From positions 128,001 through 192,000 of the IMG/VR virus record IMGVR_UViG_3300028603_000017: a DNA stretch of 64,000 bases, one strand, 5' to 3'. This stretch comes from a virus. Its lineage: Duplodnaviria > Caudoviricetes. The position numbers and the translations under genes are program-made. The notes beneath the pieces were generated by a model. That model made no database searches, was not told the origin of the DNA, and saw only the letters and a list, made by a program, of their open reading frames with translations. Shown here piece after piece: positions 21,739 through 32,380 of this stretch. Positions within the stretch are counted from its first letter, which is position 1, and the number at the start of each line of letters is the position of its first letter.

Positions 21739-23946
21739 ATGATATTATTCTTAGATGATTGGAAGAAGTATCCGTCAGCTATTATTAATCTAGAGACAAC
21801 TAATGATAGCTGGATTAAGATTGTTAGTATCTATAAAGAGATGGGAATTAAAAACCATGCTTTTCCACTGGCTTTGGTAGATAGATCTTTGGTAGGTATA
21901 GATCCTTTTGATCCTGAGATTAGTTTAGAAAACCAAATTAGAGTAGCAGCTGAATGTAAAATCAATCCATGGTTTTACTTTAGAGAAATAGCTAGAGTAG
22001 GTGGTAGCGATGATGTTGTGGCAAATAAGTTCCAAGCCAATAGAGGTAACGTTTCTTTATTTTGGTCTTTTTTTAACCACATTACCTATATGCTTATTCA
22101 AATTCGTCAAACAGGTAAATCGTTTTCTACAGATACCTTAATGACTTATTTGTTAAATATTCGCTGTGTCAATACTCAAATTAACTTATTGACAAAAGAC
22201 GATACCCTCAGAAGTGAGAACTTAAACAGACTAAGAGATATTGCTGATGAATTACCTTTTTATTTAAAACAAAGAGGAAAAGGTGATATTAGCAATACTG
22301 AAGAATTATCAATTAAGTCTTTAGGTAATAAGTACCGTGGTCATTTACCGCAGAAATCTCCTAAAATGGCTTTGAACGTAGGTCGTGGTTTAACTTCACC
22401 TATCTTCCAAATTGATGAAGCACCATTCCAGCCTAATATCGAAATATCGATGCCTGCTGCTTTGGCAGGCGGCACTGCTGCTAGAGATAGAGCAGAAAAA
22501 AATGGAGACCCATGGGGCACTATTGTCACCACAACAGCTGGTAAACGAGACGATAGAGACGGTAAGTATATTTATAACTGGATGCTAGAGGCTGCTGAAT
22601 GGACTGAAAGGTTTCTAGATTGTAAAGATAGAAATGAACTAGAAGAGATGGTTAGAAGACATTCTCGCTCTGGTACTCTACGGATTAATGGTACGTTTAA
22701 TCATTTACAGTTAGGTAAAGATGATAAGTGGCTTAAAAAGGCTCTTGAGGATGCTGGTGCTACGGGTGAGGCTGCTGATAGAGACTTTTTCAATATTTGG
22801 ACAGCAGGCACGCAACTGTCTCCACTATCGACTGATGTGTTAGAGATGATCAGAAAGAGCTATATTGCACCACTGTACAACAGTATTTCTAAAATAGGTG
22901 GATACATCACCAGATGGTATATTCCTGAAAATCAGATAGAAACCATCATGAGAACTAGAAAGACTATAGCAACACTAGATACCAGTGACGCCAGTGGTGG
23001 TGATGATATTTCTCTGATTATTGAAGATGTAGAATCTGGCGAAGTATTAGCAGCAGGTACATTTAATGAAACTAATCTTATTAAGTTTGCACAATGGTTG
23101 GCATTTGAGTGGATTGTTAAGTATGAAAACTTAACAATGATTATTGAGCGCAGATCCTCAGGTGTGGCTATACTCGATTATTTGCTCTATATTTTACCTA
23201 ATGAAAATATAGATCCCTTTAAAAGATTATTTAATACCATTGTTCAAAACGCTGGTGAGGATCCACAAAGATACAATGAAATCTGTCAACCTCTATTTAG
23301 AAGAAGTTCAGATATTTATGAAAAATATAAAAAGAGTTTTGGCTTTGCTACTAGTGGCTCTGGTATGACTAGTAGAACAGAACTATATTCTTCCATATTA
23401 AGAGGTATGGCTAACAACGTTGGTGACAGAATTAGAGACTTAACCACAATTAACCAGATTACTGGTCTAGTTATTAGAAATGGTAGAGTTGATCACCAAG
23501 AAGGTGAGCACGACGATATGGTTGTTGCACGTCTTCTTGGTTATTGGTTCCTTACAATGGGTAAAAACTTACACCATTATGGTATTAATAGTAAACTTAT
23601 TTACACACACCTTAATACCAATAATAATGTTAAGCTCAATCCTTACGAAGAATATCAAATGGCTCAACAGCAATCTATTCGTTTACAAATGGATCAATTA
23701 CTAAATGAATTAAAAACTGTAAAAGATGAGTTTATTGCTGCTAAAATAGAAAAACAAATCAGAGCTTTAAATAATAATATTATCTTACAGGAAAATGAAA
23801 AGTTTTCTGTAGATGAGCTCATTAATTCCATTAGAGATAGTAAAAGAGATAGAGTAGTTAGAAACTATTTTAACAGAAGCTCAGACGCATACACTCAAAT
23901 GTCTGGTATAGCAGCTCCTGTAGATCCTACTAGAATATTCTTTTAA
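21739..23946 (+). CDS. terL: Terminase large subunit (phiKZ gp25-like)
   Basis: Walker A IRQTGKS, Walker B FQIDE, TTTAG coupling motif, nuclease acidic motifs DTSD and HDDMV. Confidence 0.9.
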   Translation: MILFLDDWKKYPSAIINLETTNDSWIKIVSIYKEMGIKNHAFPLALVDRSLVGIDPFDPEISLENQIRVAAECKINPWFYFREIARVGGSDDVVANKFQANRGNVSLFWSFFNHITYMLIQIRQTGKSFSTDTLMTYLLNIRCVNTQINLLTKDDTLRSENLNRLRDIADELPFYLKQRGKGDISNTEELSIKSLGNKYRGHLPQKSPKMALNVGRGLTSPIFQIDEAPFQPNIEISMPAALAGGTAARDRAEKNGDPWGTIVTTTAGKRDDRDGKYIYNWMLEAAEWTERFLDCKDRNELEEMVRRHSRSGTLRINGTFNHLQLGKDDKWLKKALEDAGATGEAADRDFFNIWTAGTQLSPLSTDVLEMIRKSYIAPLYNSISKIGGYITRWYIPENQIETIMRTRKTIATLDTSDASGGDDISLIIEDVESGEVLAAGTFNETNLIKFAQWLAFEWIVKYENLTMIIERRSSGVAILDYLLYILPNENIDPFKRLFNTIVQNAGEDPQRYNEICQPLFRRSSDIYEKYKKSFGFATSGSGMTSRTELYSSILRGMANNVGDRIRDLTTINQITGLVIRNGRVDHQEGEHDDMVVARLLGYWFLTMGKNLHHYGINSKLIYTHLNTNNNVKLNPYEEYQMAQQQSIRLQMDQLLNELKTVKDEFIAAKIEKQIRALNNNIILQENEKFSVDELINSIRDSKRDRVVRNYFNRSSDAYTQMSGIAAPVDPTRIFF

Positions 23947-23954
23947 CTAAGCAT

Positions 23955-23993
23955 CATAGCTCCAGGTAGGGATTACCCTACCTGGAGCGTATG
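23955..23993. terminator. Bidirectional stem-loop terminator
   Basis: GCTCCAGGTAGGG / CCCTACCTGGAGC between convergent genes; the stem is related to 28278-28315. Confidence 0.78.
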
Positions 23994-24002
23994 TCGTTTA
24001 AT

Positions 24003-24392
24003 TTAAGCAGTATCCAAATCAGCATTGAGCAAATCAATGTAGGCTTCAATAAAAAACTCTCGCCTGCTACTTTCTTTCATGAAAATAGGAAAGAGTTTAG
24101 GAAAAAAGACTACTTTCTTTAAACTGTCTTTGAGTTTATCGGTAGCTAAATCATTATTAGCTGAATATAGCTGATAAACAGAAAACTCATAATTAGGTAC
24201 TAGTTTATGATGATTAACAATCAAATAGTTTTTCTTCTTACAATAAAAGTGAATTTCAACACCTTTAACAGTCCTAGCTACCATAGTAGATAAATCTGAA
24301 TCTGTGTAAGTAACTTCTTTGACTGAATGATTTTTATAAGTACCGAATAAAAAGTAATAAACAATAGATAAGAATCTAATAATTATTGCCAT
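24003..24392 (-). CDS. Hypothetical protein with hydrophobic N-terminus
   Basis: 129 aa, MAIIIRFLSIVYYFLFG. Confidence 0.7.
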   Translation of the reverse strand: MAIIIRFLSIVYYFLFGTYKNHSVKEVTYTDSDLSTMVARTVKGVEIHFYCKKKNYLIVNHHKLVPNYEFSVYQLYSANNDLATDKLKDSLKKVVFFPKLFPIFMKESSRREFFIEAYIDLLNADLDTA

Positions 24393-24396
24393 ATTC

Positions 24397-25632
24397 TTAC
24401 CTAGAATAATAGTTCATTGTCATAGCTCGTATGACAATATACAAAAGAAGTCCAGTCTTTAAACTGGCAATCATATTTTCATTTTTAGTAGAAGTAGCTT
24501 TTCTAACGATATTTTGAGCAAAGTCTCTAATCCTCAAGAGATTGACATCTGTTGATTTAGAGGACATATAGATACCTTTGAGTCTAGCTATTAAACTAGC
24601 AATATCTGTTGATTCTTTATAAACTGTTCTGCTATTGCTAAGATAAGCAAAAGCATGTGTTAAAGTCTCTTCTACTAAAATATCTACTTCCTTAGAAGAT
24701 AGATATTTAGAATTAACGGAACACCAAGACAGAGTCTCTAAAAATAACTTAGGGCTCATGGTGTGCATAATTTTGACAACCACATCCACCAAGTCTTGTT
24801 TGATAAAAGAGTTTTTATCAATAATGACAGAATTAAGGTAAGTAATGTATTTGGATAGATTTCTAGTAGAATCCTTTAAAGATTCCTCTCCATCAAAATC
24901 CATGACTGAAGACGTTGATTTAATTCTACCGCCCAAAGCTTTGACTTTCATCAACTCTCCCGTGATATTCTTGATCATATCACGAATTCTGCCTTGAGCA
25001 TCATTGATCATGTAAATAATCGCATTATCATCGGTAAAGTACTTAAACGTATTACCATGCAATTGATCGTCTGCAATCAAGTCTTTAACTCTGGCTTCTA
25101 GCGTAGCATACCAAGATCCATAACGCTTTATAGCATACTTCTTAGACAGTTGAGCATAAGTAGCTTCTGCTAAAGACTTTTCTACTGGATACCTATAATA
25201 CCTAAACAAAAGCGAAGTCACAAACTTATAATAAAGAATCAAACCACAATCGATCATGGCTTTTTCTTTTTGCTTTTGATTTAGGTAAGGTGAATTCCTA
25301 AACGAGTGTATTAACCACATGCAAATATGGTTAAAGATAGATGTCGATACATGAAACTTTGGATTGATGATAGGTATCTTTAAAAGCTCTTCTTCTAAAT
25401 ATACATCATCAGCTTCTAGTATGTCTGTAAACCACCTGTCCTCATCTTGGGAGGTAAACCTGACAATATGTACACCTGTCAGGTTACCACCGAAGAAAGC
25501 TAAATGATCTTCATTCTTATTGACAAAACTCGTTTGAAAGTCGTGAATCTTTTTTGCTAATTTTTCATCAAACTTTAAGTGTGATAAGTTATTATCAAAC
25601 AAAGCTTTGATTGCACCAGCCCCACGACTCAT
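24397..25632 (-). CDS. Conserved virion protein (phiKZ gp32-like)
   Basis: 411 aa, NEDHLAFFGGNLTGVH; synteny. Confidence 0.62.
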   Translation of the reverse strand: MSRGAGAIKALFDNNLSHLKFDEKLAKKIHDFQTSFVNKNEDHLAFFGGNLTGVHIVRFTSQDEDRWFTDILEADDVYLEEELLKIPIINPKFHVSTSIFNHICMWLIHSFRNSPYLNQKQKEKAMIDCGLILYYKFVTSLLFRYYRYPVEKSLAEATYAQLSKKYAIKRYGSWYATLEARVKDLIADDQLHGNTFKYFTDDNAIIYMINDAQGRIRDMIKNITGELMKVKALGGRIKSTSSVMDFDGEESLKDSTRNLSKYITYLNSVIIDKNSFIKQDLVDVVVKIMHTMSPKLFLETLSWCSVNSKYLSSKEVDILVEETLTHAFAYLSNSRTVYKESTDIASLIARLKGIYMSSKSTDVNLLRIRDFAQNIVRKATSTKNENMIASLKTGLLLYIVIRAMTMNYYSR

Positions 25633-25634
25633 TA

Positions 25635-26327
25635 TTATTCCCCTTTAGAGCGCTTTTTAAGCCATTGTACGAGGTTTTCAAACCCAATGACTACTGGGAT
25701 ACCCCTGACCTCAAAATAACTCTCTGTGGCTCTAGAAAACTTATCAGAGATATTGTACGCATTGATCTTAGAGACATTGCTAAAATCAATATATTCCATA
25801 ATCGGGCCGACTTGTCCATCAGCACCTAGCTCAGGTCCTACAAAGACTATAAACTCTTTACCAGCATTTTTAACTCTTTCATGAGAAGCTTCAATGACTT
25901 CTATTTCAGAATCAATTACGCTATCTTTGCCCATTACAGAATAAATGACTGCTTTAGGTGACTGTACGATATCCATATTGGCAGGCACTATTCTTAAGCC
26001 TGAGATATCTATCGTATCATCATTTTCTTTATTTTCAATAGCTGCTAGCTGAGTCGCTAGTATAGAGTCAATAGCAGCAGACTCAAAAGCTTTAGATAAA
26101 CTATTGAACTCATCGTCTTCAATAGGCTTTTTAGCAAAATACACATTCAAAGCCTGTGTATATATATTGGACAAAGGTCCATCCATGACAATAGTGTCTT
26201 TAACACCTTGTCCTTCATCATAAGTAAATTCAATCTGGTCATCGCTAGAATTAGCTACTGCTGCATTAGATCCTGCTGATCCAGAGCAAGTAGCACATTC
26301 TTCTAAACCAATACCGAGCAGTTTCAT
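25635..26327 (-). CDS. Putative head/virion protein (likely start ATG 26327)
   Basis: Acidic ORF with GLE/AFE/ATE motifs resembling S/A/G-x-E protease sites. Confidence 0.6.
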   Translation of the reverse strand: MKLLGIGLEECATCSGSAGSNAAVANSSDDQIEFTYDEGQGVKDTIVMDGPLSNIYTQALNVYFAKKPIEDDEFNSLSKAFESAAIDSILATQLAAIENKENDDTIDISGLRIVPANMDIVQSPKAVIYSVMGKDSVIDSEIEVIEASHERVKNAGKEFIVFVGPELGADGQVGPIMEYIDFSNVSKINAYNISDKFSRATESYFEVRGIPVVIGFENLVQWLKKRSKGE

Positions 26328-26463
26328 GGTTTGGTTATCCTTACTTAGTAAAATATAGTGTCCAGTATATCTACCAAACACTATGTTAAGAATTTTGTTG
26401 ATAGCTATTATAATTAGTGAATAATACCATCACAAATAATTTCAGCTAAAATACTTTTAACCA

Positions 26464-26471
26464 CATATTAC
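26464..26471 (+). promoter_or_regulatory. Putative early promoter core CATATTAC
   Basis: Same octamer as 10993, 60 nt upstream of ORF 26531. Confidence 0.55.
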
Positions 26472-26530
26472 CAAAGCGATATCATTTCAAGCATGATTAA
26501 ATTCACTTGTATTTCTAAAGGAAGAAATTT

Positions 26531-26863
26531 ATGTGGTTGATTATCAAGCAAACTGAACTAGATAGTGAGATCTTTACAATTCTAAGATCTGATATTGCTG
26601 ATAAGTATATCAAAATCCTAATCAGAGACTTACAAGCTAATCCTAAACTCAAGTTTGATAACAAACCTATTGGTGTAGGAAAATTCGTAGCACTAAAAGT
26701 CAATAACTCGGCAGATGATCTCATAACACAATGCTCTGACCTAGATCATAATTCTAACGCCGTAATAGAATTTACTGAACAAATAATCAAACGTATTCAT
26801 AACGAAACTATAGCTAAAGATCTCACATCCTCTCTTATCTCTAAACTCAAAGCTAAAGCCTAA
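26531..26863 (+). CDS. Hypothetical protein (110 aa)
   Basis: AAGGA RBS and ATG. Confidence 0.75.
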   Translation: MWLIIKQTELDSEIFTILRSDIADKYIKILIRDLQANPKLKFDNKPIGVGKFVALKVNNSADDLITQCSDLDHNSNAVIEFTEQIIKRIHNETIAKDLTSSLISKLKAKA

Positions 26864-26865
26864 TT

Positions 26866-27249
26866 ATGTTCAGTATTGCTTACAAAATCCAAGAATATGG
26901 TGAAGTCGTCTTTTGTGACAATAGTGACAATATTGTTGTTCTTATCCTAACTCAACTTGAACACTATCTCAAAGGAGAGTATTTTAACCCTCCTATCAAA
27001 CCTATCAAGCAATTTCATATCGGTTGGAGTAAAACCAATACAATCGATATTGTCTTTCAATTCAATACCGACCTCATTGAATCACCTGCTAAGTTAATCC
27101 CAGCCATTAAACAACAGCTAGAGCTTTATCACAAAACACCAGTATCTGACGCGCAACCTTACACATATCCTGGAACAGATAAAGTTAGTCCATCAGCTTT
27201 TACTTTTTCATTCCCAATTAGAGTAAATACCTCTAATTGTTCAGACTAA
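26866..27249 (+). CDS. Hypothetical protein (127 aa)
   Basis: Coupled to the previous ORF and followed by a hairpin at ~27272-27300. Confidence 0.72.
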   Translation: MFSIAYKIQEYGEVVFCDNSDNIVVLILTQLEHYLKGEYFNPPIKPIKQFHIGWSKTNTIDIVFQFNTDLIESPAKLIPAIKQQLELYHKTPVSDAQPYTYPGTDKVSPSAFTFSFPIRVNTSNCSD

Positions 27250-27905
27250 TTAAGAATTAAACTGTCATACTCTCCTACTACCTCAACAAGGTAGTAGGAG
27301 TAATCTATTCTTTTGTTTTTTGATTTAAACTAGATTTAAGAGCTTTAAATGATAAACCTATACCTATTCATCAATTGTAATAGTTTTAGTCTTTATAATC
27401 CTTCTAATCGATTTTAAAATAGGTTTTATGAGTTCAGTAGACTAAATTCTTAGATTCTTTAATAATATCTATTAGCCTAACCTACCTACTAGTCTTTACC
27501 AGTAGAGTTTTACTAATCTCTTTATTTTTTCATCTAGATCTTCTTTTAATCTCTTAATCTGTTTTAGCATCATAATAGCTAGGTAGTACATACTACCTAG
27601 CTTTATACTCTATTTTATTAATCAAGAATAGTATTGATAGTTAATATATTTTTTTCCGTCTATAGTAGGGGCTGCGCCCCTACGACAGCGCTATTAATGC
27701 GTTCTTATTAGTTATTCAGTTTATATACAATGTTTATTGGCATTATAGATATACAGATATAACTTAGCTTCGCACAACCATAGGGTAGGTAGGACAACTG
27801 GGGAAAAAGTTTTTGACAACATGGTCGAGATGTAAGCCCAGTCAGATCCTACACTCACTAACTTTTTCCATAACATATATAGTTAATAAAATAATTACTT
27901 ACTAT

Positions 27906-28262
27906 CTAACAATAACTCCTACTCTTACTCCTGTTATAGACTCTTCTCTCAAACCTATCTTTACAATAACTCTTATTACAGGACTTAATCTCATTAGGTA
28001 ACCATTGAAGATTACCAATATTGTCACATCCTCCACAAGCTAGAGGTATGACATGATCAATAGCAAATCCAGGACAGCTAACAGAGTGCTTACCTGTACT
28101 AGGGCAGGGATAGAGTTTAACAAAGTCTCTTAACACTTTAGTATCTCTTAATATCCTACCTCTATCATCTCTTTGGATATTGTTACATATCCTAGGATCT
28201 ATTATATCTTGAGCTTCTGTAGATATTGGTAATAACAGTAATATCAATAGCAAATACTTCAT
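27906..28262 (-). CDS. HNH-motif protein with N-terminal signal peptide (118 aa from ATG 28262)
   Basis: MKYLLLILLLLPISTEA|QD signal; CPSTG...CPGFAIDHVIPLACGGCDNIGNLQWL HNH motif. Confidence 0.8.
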   Translation of the reverse strand: MKYLLLILLLLPISTEAQDIIDPRICNNIQRDDRGRILRDTKVLRDFVKLYPCPSTGKHSVSCPGFAIDHVIPLACGGCDNIGNLQWLPNEIKSCNKSYCKDRFERRVYNRSKSRSYC

Positions 28263-28277
28263 AGTCACTTTCACTAA

Positions 28278-28315
28278 CATATACTCCAGGTAGCTTATCA
28301 CTACCTGGAGCTATG
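28278..28315. terminator. Stem-loop terminator after helicase
   Basis: CTCCAGGTAG / CTACCTGGAG with CATA/TATG flanks. Confidence 0.7.
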
Positions 28316-28321
28316 ATGGTT

Positions 28322-30388
28322 TTAGATAATATATTCTTTTTCAACTAACTCTTCAAAAGAGATATGGAATTCATTATTAGGATCTAGATTAGAGATATGA
28401 ATATCTTCTACTCCTATAGCTTCATTGGCTATAGCTCCAGACTCCTCAATCACAAAGGGAGACTCTATTCCCATAATACTGGATACCTGAGATTGAGACC
28501 ACTTTAGAATATCTACAGTCCTGGTAGATAGATTAGGTTTAGATCCAGTATCTAGCATAGCGATATAAACATAAGGCTGAGTCGTCTGACCTAATCTATT
28601 AATTCTAGATATAGCTTGCTGCAATACATAATCCCTAAAGGGTGTATTAATCAGTATCATAGTGTCTGCCATAACCAAAGGTACAGCAGTAGATAAACTA
28701 GGATACGTAGCTATTAGAGGATTGATATTCTTATCCTTTTCAAAGCTAGAGATAATGCTAGGCAATTTAGCATTGGTCTTAGCATAGACTACAGCAGGTT
28801 GTAATTCTAGTTTAGTTGTAATCTCTTTAGCTTTTTCTACGACTTCTACATAGCTAGTAAATACGACTGTCTTTTTAGTAGTAGATTCTATTATTTTGAT
28901 ATAGTCAATATTCTCAGCAACAGCTTTAGCACATTCCATACGTTTTTTACCTAGTATTCTGCCTAGGCATTCACCTTGTACTTTTAAGTGCATGTATTTA
29001 ACGACAGATTTACTGGCATCAAACTTGGCTCTGGTTTCTTTATCTAGTGTAGGATTGATGTATTGCTTTTCAAACTTATTACAATAAGCTGTATCTTGGA
29101 TATCGTATTGAATACCAGGGTTCTTATTGAAAAACTTTACTAAGTCTAGGTATCTTTTGAATTCTCTTTCTTCAGTTGTAGACCTAATAGTCTTTTCATA
29201 GACCTTTAAAGCATCGTAATAGTCTGTTTCAAAGGCTTTGTAGTTAGACTTGTAGTATTTGATACGCTCTTCAATAAAAGCTACCATATCAGCTTTTACA
29301 GCGTCTAAGGTGTATTGATCAGAATCTTTAGCTTGTACTAAGATATTCTCCATAATAGGAGGATCTAGATTTAAAGCTTTCTTTTCTACTTTATGAGTAA
29401 CGATATTGAGTCTATTAGATAGAATATCTAAAGCTTTCTTAGCATCTTTACCATAAAGCTTTTTATACTTCTCTATTAAAGAATTATTGAAGTTCTTATC
29501 AATAGTCCTAAATAGAGGAATAGTCTCAGATCCCATAGCCTTAATAGGTGTACCACTCATCCAGAGAATATGCTCAGACTTAGTAGCGTCTGTTAGGTCA
29601 ATAAAGTACCTGGTGCGTTGAGAAGTGATTTCATTGAGGTTATGGCATTCATCTAGGATAATACCTATCTTCTTATTAGGTAGCTTTTTAGCTAGCTCTA
29701 GAGCTTTGTATAAAGCCTCGTAGTGGAAAATTAGGTATTTCTGATTACCATAGGGACTACCAGAGCTAGATACCCAGCAAGTCTCAGGCTTTTTGAATTC
29801 ACCCTTATCCGGACTAGCAATTGTTTTATACCAGACATCCCATACAGCGTTATTGGGACATATAACAAAAACAGTGTCTACCTCTAGCATTTCCATCAAA
29901 GCAACAGCAGTTAGAGTCTTTCCCCCACCAGCAGCAGCTGCAAGCAAATATCCTTTTAGATCGTATTTAGGTACAATCTGATCATATTTAGCGAAGAAAT
30001 CATTTTGATGAGGTAGTGGAGTCTTCCAGAACTTATTTAACTTAGAGTAGTTTAAGATAGGATTGTGTTCCTGATCTATATTAGACAGAAACGTACTTTC
30101 CTTTAAAGCATCAATGATGGATTGAGCAGTCTTCTTACTAGTACCTAGTCTTTTCTTAGAGTTAATAATAGTCTCTAGAGTATATAGTAAGTCTATAGCA
30201 AAGAAAGTAGGTATACTAAAGGAGTGTCTCGTTATCTTGTTGAACATGAAGTTCGAGATACGGTTAGTTCTCCAGATATTATTAATATCGTTTTGGATAA
30301 AGTAACCAGGCACACCAGATACAATAATCTCATCAAGTGTTTGCTCAGCCTTTATATTACCAAATAGTCTACGTACAGCGGAAAACAT
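28322..30388 (-). CDS. SF2 (SNF2/DEAD-like) helicase
   Basis: Walker A AGGGKT, DECH, SGTP and QAISRINRLGQ. Confidence 0.88.
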   Translation of the reverse strand: MFSAVRRLFGNIKAEQTLDEIIVSGVPGYFIQNDINNIWRTNRISNFMFNKITRHSFSIPTFFAIDLLYTLETIINSKKRLGTSKKTAQSIIDALKESTFLSNIDQEHNPILNYSKLNKFWKTPLPHQNDFFAKYDQIVPKYDLKGYLLAAAAGGGKTLTAVALMEMLEVDTVFVICPNNAVWDVWYKTIASPDKGEFKKPETCWVSSSGSPYGNQKYLIFHYEALYKALELAKKLPNKKIGIILDECHNLNEITSQRTRYFIDLTDATKSEHILWMSGTPIKAMGSETIPLFRTIDKNFNNSLIEKYKKLYGKDAKKALDILSNRLNIVTHKVEKKALNLDPPIMENILVQAKDSDQYTLDAVKADMVAFIEERIKYYKSNYKAFETDYYDALKVYEKTIRSTTEEREFKRYLDLVKFFNKNPGIQYDIQDTAYCNKFEKQYINPTLDKETRAKFDASKSVVKYMHLKVQGECLGRILGKKRMECAKAVAENIDYIKIIESTTKKTVVFTSYVEVVEKAKEITTKLELQPAVVYAKTNAKLPSIISSFEKDKNINPLIATYPSLSTAVPLVMADTMILINTPFRDYVLQQAISRINRLGQTTQPYVYIAMLDTGSKPNLSTRTVDILKWSQSQVSSIMGIESPFVIEESGAIANEAIGVEDIHISNLDPNNEFHISFEELVEKEYII

Positions 30389-30392
30389 TTAA

Positions 30393-31205
30393 TTACCTCA
30401 TACCACCAATATTGAGCTTTAGAAATCTCTCAAAAGTTTCTCTATCATTCATGAATGCTACCTTGGTCCACTTTTCTGTTAGGAAAGTACGGTATAATTC
30501 ATTAGCGTCAGAATAGCCTTCTATGATCTGTCTGACCACACCTATTTCTTGACCACCATAGAGCTGACCTTTATCTAGTGTTACTATGTATTCATTATAG
30601 ATATAAGCTTTTACAGCCAATACACACATATCACAAAAGACAGGTATGCTCCTGAGCTGTAAATGAGATAAAGCCTCGTCATTACTTAAAATACATCTTA
30701 AGTAACCAAAACCTATAGGAGGAGCTGTATCTCTTACCATAATGGTATTTTCACCAATAAGTTGTACCTTAGCTGTACTTACTGGTGGTATAGGCATATG
30801 GCTATTCATCATAGCTTGACCTAATTGTAGGGAAGGTGTGACGCTACAAACATCATAGCCAGTATTACCAGCAATAGCTAAAGCAGCAGCTGAAGTAATA
30901 TAACTCACTGCAATAGCTGCTGTAATGGTTCTGTTTTGTGTTCTTTCTTTAGGGATATAATACACTGTAGTGTATGTATTGGTCATCTCCTGAGGAACAC
31001 CACTTAAGTCAATAAATACTTCATCCCCACCTACTAAGTCACAATCGACCATGACTCTGGCTCTAATGACTTTATTGGTGATTTGCTCTTCTAAAGATAC
31101 TGGAGTATTTCTCCAGCTATGTGTTGTGTTATGAAAGACTAGATTCAGCACTTCTCTAGGGATACTGTACCTAATCTCATCAATAGCCTTTTTAATGGGA
31201 TTCAT
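30393..31205 (-). CDS. Conserved virion protein (phiKZ gp42-like)
   Basis: 270 aa, MNPIKKAIDEIRYSIPREVL; synteny. Confidence 0.55.
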   Translation of the reverse strand: MNPIKKAIDEIRYSIPREVLNLVFHNTTHSWRNTPVSLEEQITNKVIRARVMVDCDLVGGDEVFIDLSGVPQEMTNTYTTVYYIPKERTQNRTITAAIAVSYITSAAALAIAGNTGYDVCSVTPSLQLGQAMMNSHMPIPPVSTAKVQLIGENTIMVRDTAPPIGFGYLRCILSNDEALSHLQLRSIPVFCDMCVLAVKAYIYNEYIVTLDKGQLYGGQEIGVVRQIIEGYSDANELYRTFLTEKWTKVAFMNDRETFERFLKLNIGGMR

Positions 31206-31299
31206 GGTTCTAAATGCTAATTAAAAAACTATCAGTCATACATTATAGCTCTGACTACATGGAGTCAAAGACTAACTTTTAACTAATTTGAGGACAATA

Positions 31300-31914
31300 A
31301 TGTTGCGTTTTATTCTTCTTTCACTCATGTCATTTCTGATGGCTATTCCTGCAATCGCTAGGGATAAAGACCCTATTGCTGAAATGATTGCTGTTATTCA
31401 TGAAAAACAAGCTGTGGCTGAGTGGATTATTCAAAGAACAAGAAATAAAGTCGATTATAATTACGCTATCGGTATTGTCGATACTGTTTATGACAAAGCC
31501 TATAAACAAGGCGTAGATCCCCTAGTCGTTATTGGGATGATTTCTAAGGAATCTATGTTCAGACCTAAAGCTAAGTCTGGATATGGAGCTGTTGGCTTGA
31601 TGCAAGTCGTTCCTAGGTTTCACCAAGACAAGATCAAAAAGCGCAATATTTACAATAAGGAAGTTAATATTGAGGTAGGTGTCAAAGTGCTCTTTGATTG
31701 TCTTAAGAATAGAAAAACAGTCAAAGGAGCACTGAATTGCTATTCTGGTGGCGCCAGAGGCTATGCTGAATACGTGCAAGCCAGGCATAAAGAAATTAAG
31801 CAGGCCATTATTTTGAATCTGTTTAACAACAATCAAAAGATCAATGTGGATTATGCTTACCACAAACCTCTTAGAGAGCCTAGGACTACAAGTCCCCTGT
31901 ATGCTGGGATTTAA
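31300..31914 (+). CDS. SLT-family lytic transglycosylase with signal peptide/anchor (candidate endolysin)
   Basis: Motifs KES, GAVGLMQV, NIEVG and ALNCYSGG; hydrophobic N-terminus ending AIA. Confidence 0.85.
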   Translation: MLRFILLSLMSFLMAIPAIARDKDPIAEMIAVIHEKQAVAEWIIQRTRNKVDYNYAIGIVDTVYDKAYKQGVDPLVVIGMISKESMFRPKAKSGYGAVGLMQVVPRFHQDKIKKRNIYNKEVNIEVGVKVLFDCLKNRKTVKGALNCYSGGARGYAEYVQARHKEIKQAIILNLFNNNQKINVDYAYHKPLREPRTTSPLYAGI

Positions 31915-31969
31915 ATACGTAAGCTACTAATTTATAGGTAGCTAATAAATCAAAGCTATCTTTGACTCC

Positions 31970-32380
31970 ATGAAAAGATATTCCAAGGTTATGATTGTGG
32001 ACGCTGGCTATTACATTGATAGGATAGAGCCTATTGTAGTAGACCTAGCTCACTCTCACTATAGACTCCAACAAGAGTTTAAATTGCTCAATGCTTTAGA
32101 CTATAAAGACAGAATCATAGCCAACTGCATGATCAAGTCTGTAGCTGAAGTATTTTGTCTACCAGTTATATATCCCAGACACAACATCATTAAAAACGAT
32201 ATTTCTGAATTTGATCAGTATTTCTACAATAAAGTCAAAACACTATCTGATTTCTTGGTTTTTCAACATGTAGATCGTCAAAGCTTATCTATGTTCAATG
32301 GAGACGAAGTGCTTTGTATATTGCACAATAGAGAGCTAATCCTTTTAAACCACAATGAGTCAATTCACCAGTCTGTCTGA
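31970..32380 (+). CDS. Hypothetical protein (small-ORF array member)
   Basis: 136-aa ORF. Confidence 0.75.
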   Translation: MKRYSKVMIVDAGYYIDRIEPIVVDLAHSHYRLQQEFKLLNALDYKDRIIANCMIKSVAEVFCLPVIYPRHNIIKNDISEFDQYFYNKVKTLSDFLVFQHVDRQSLSMFNGDEVLCILHNRELILLNHNESIHQSV

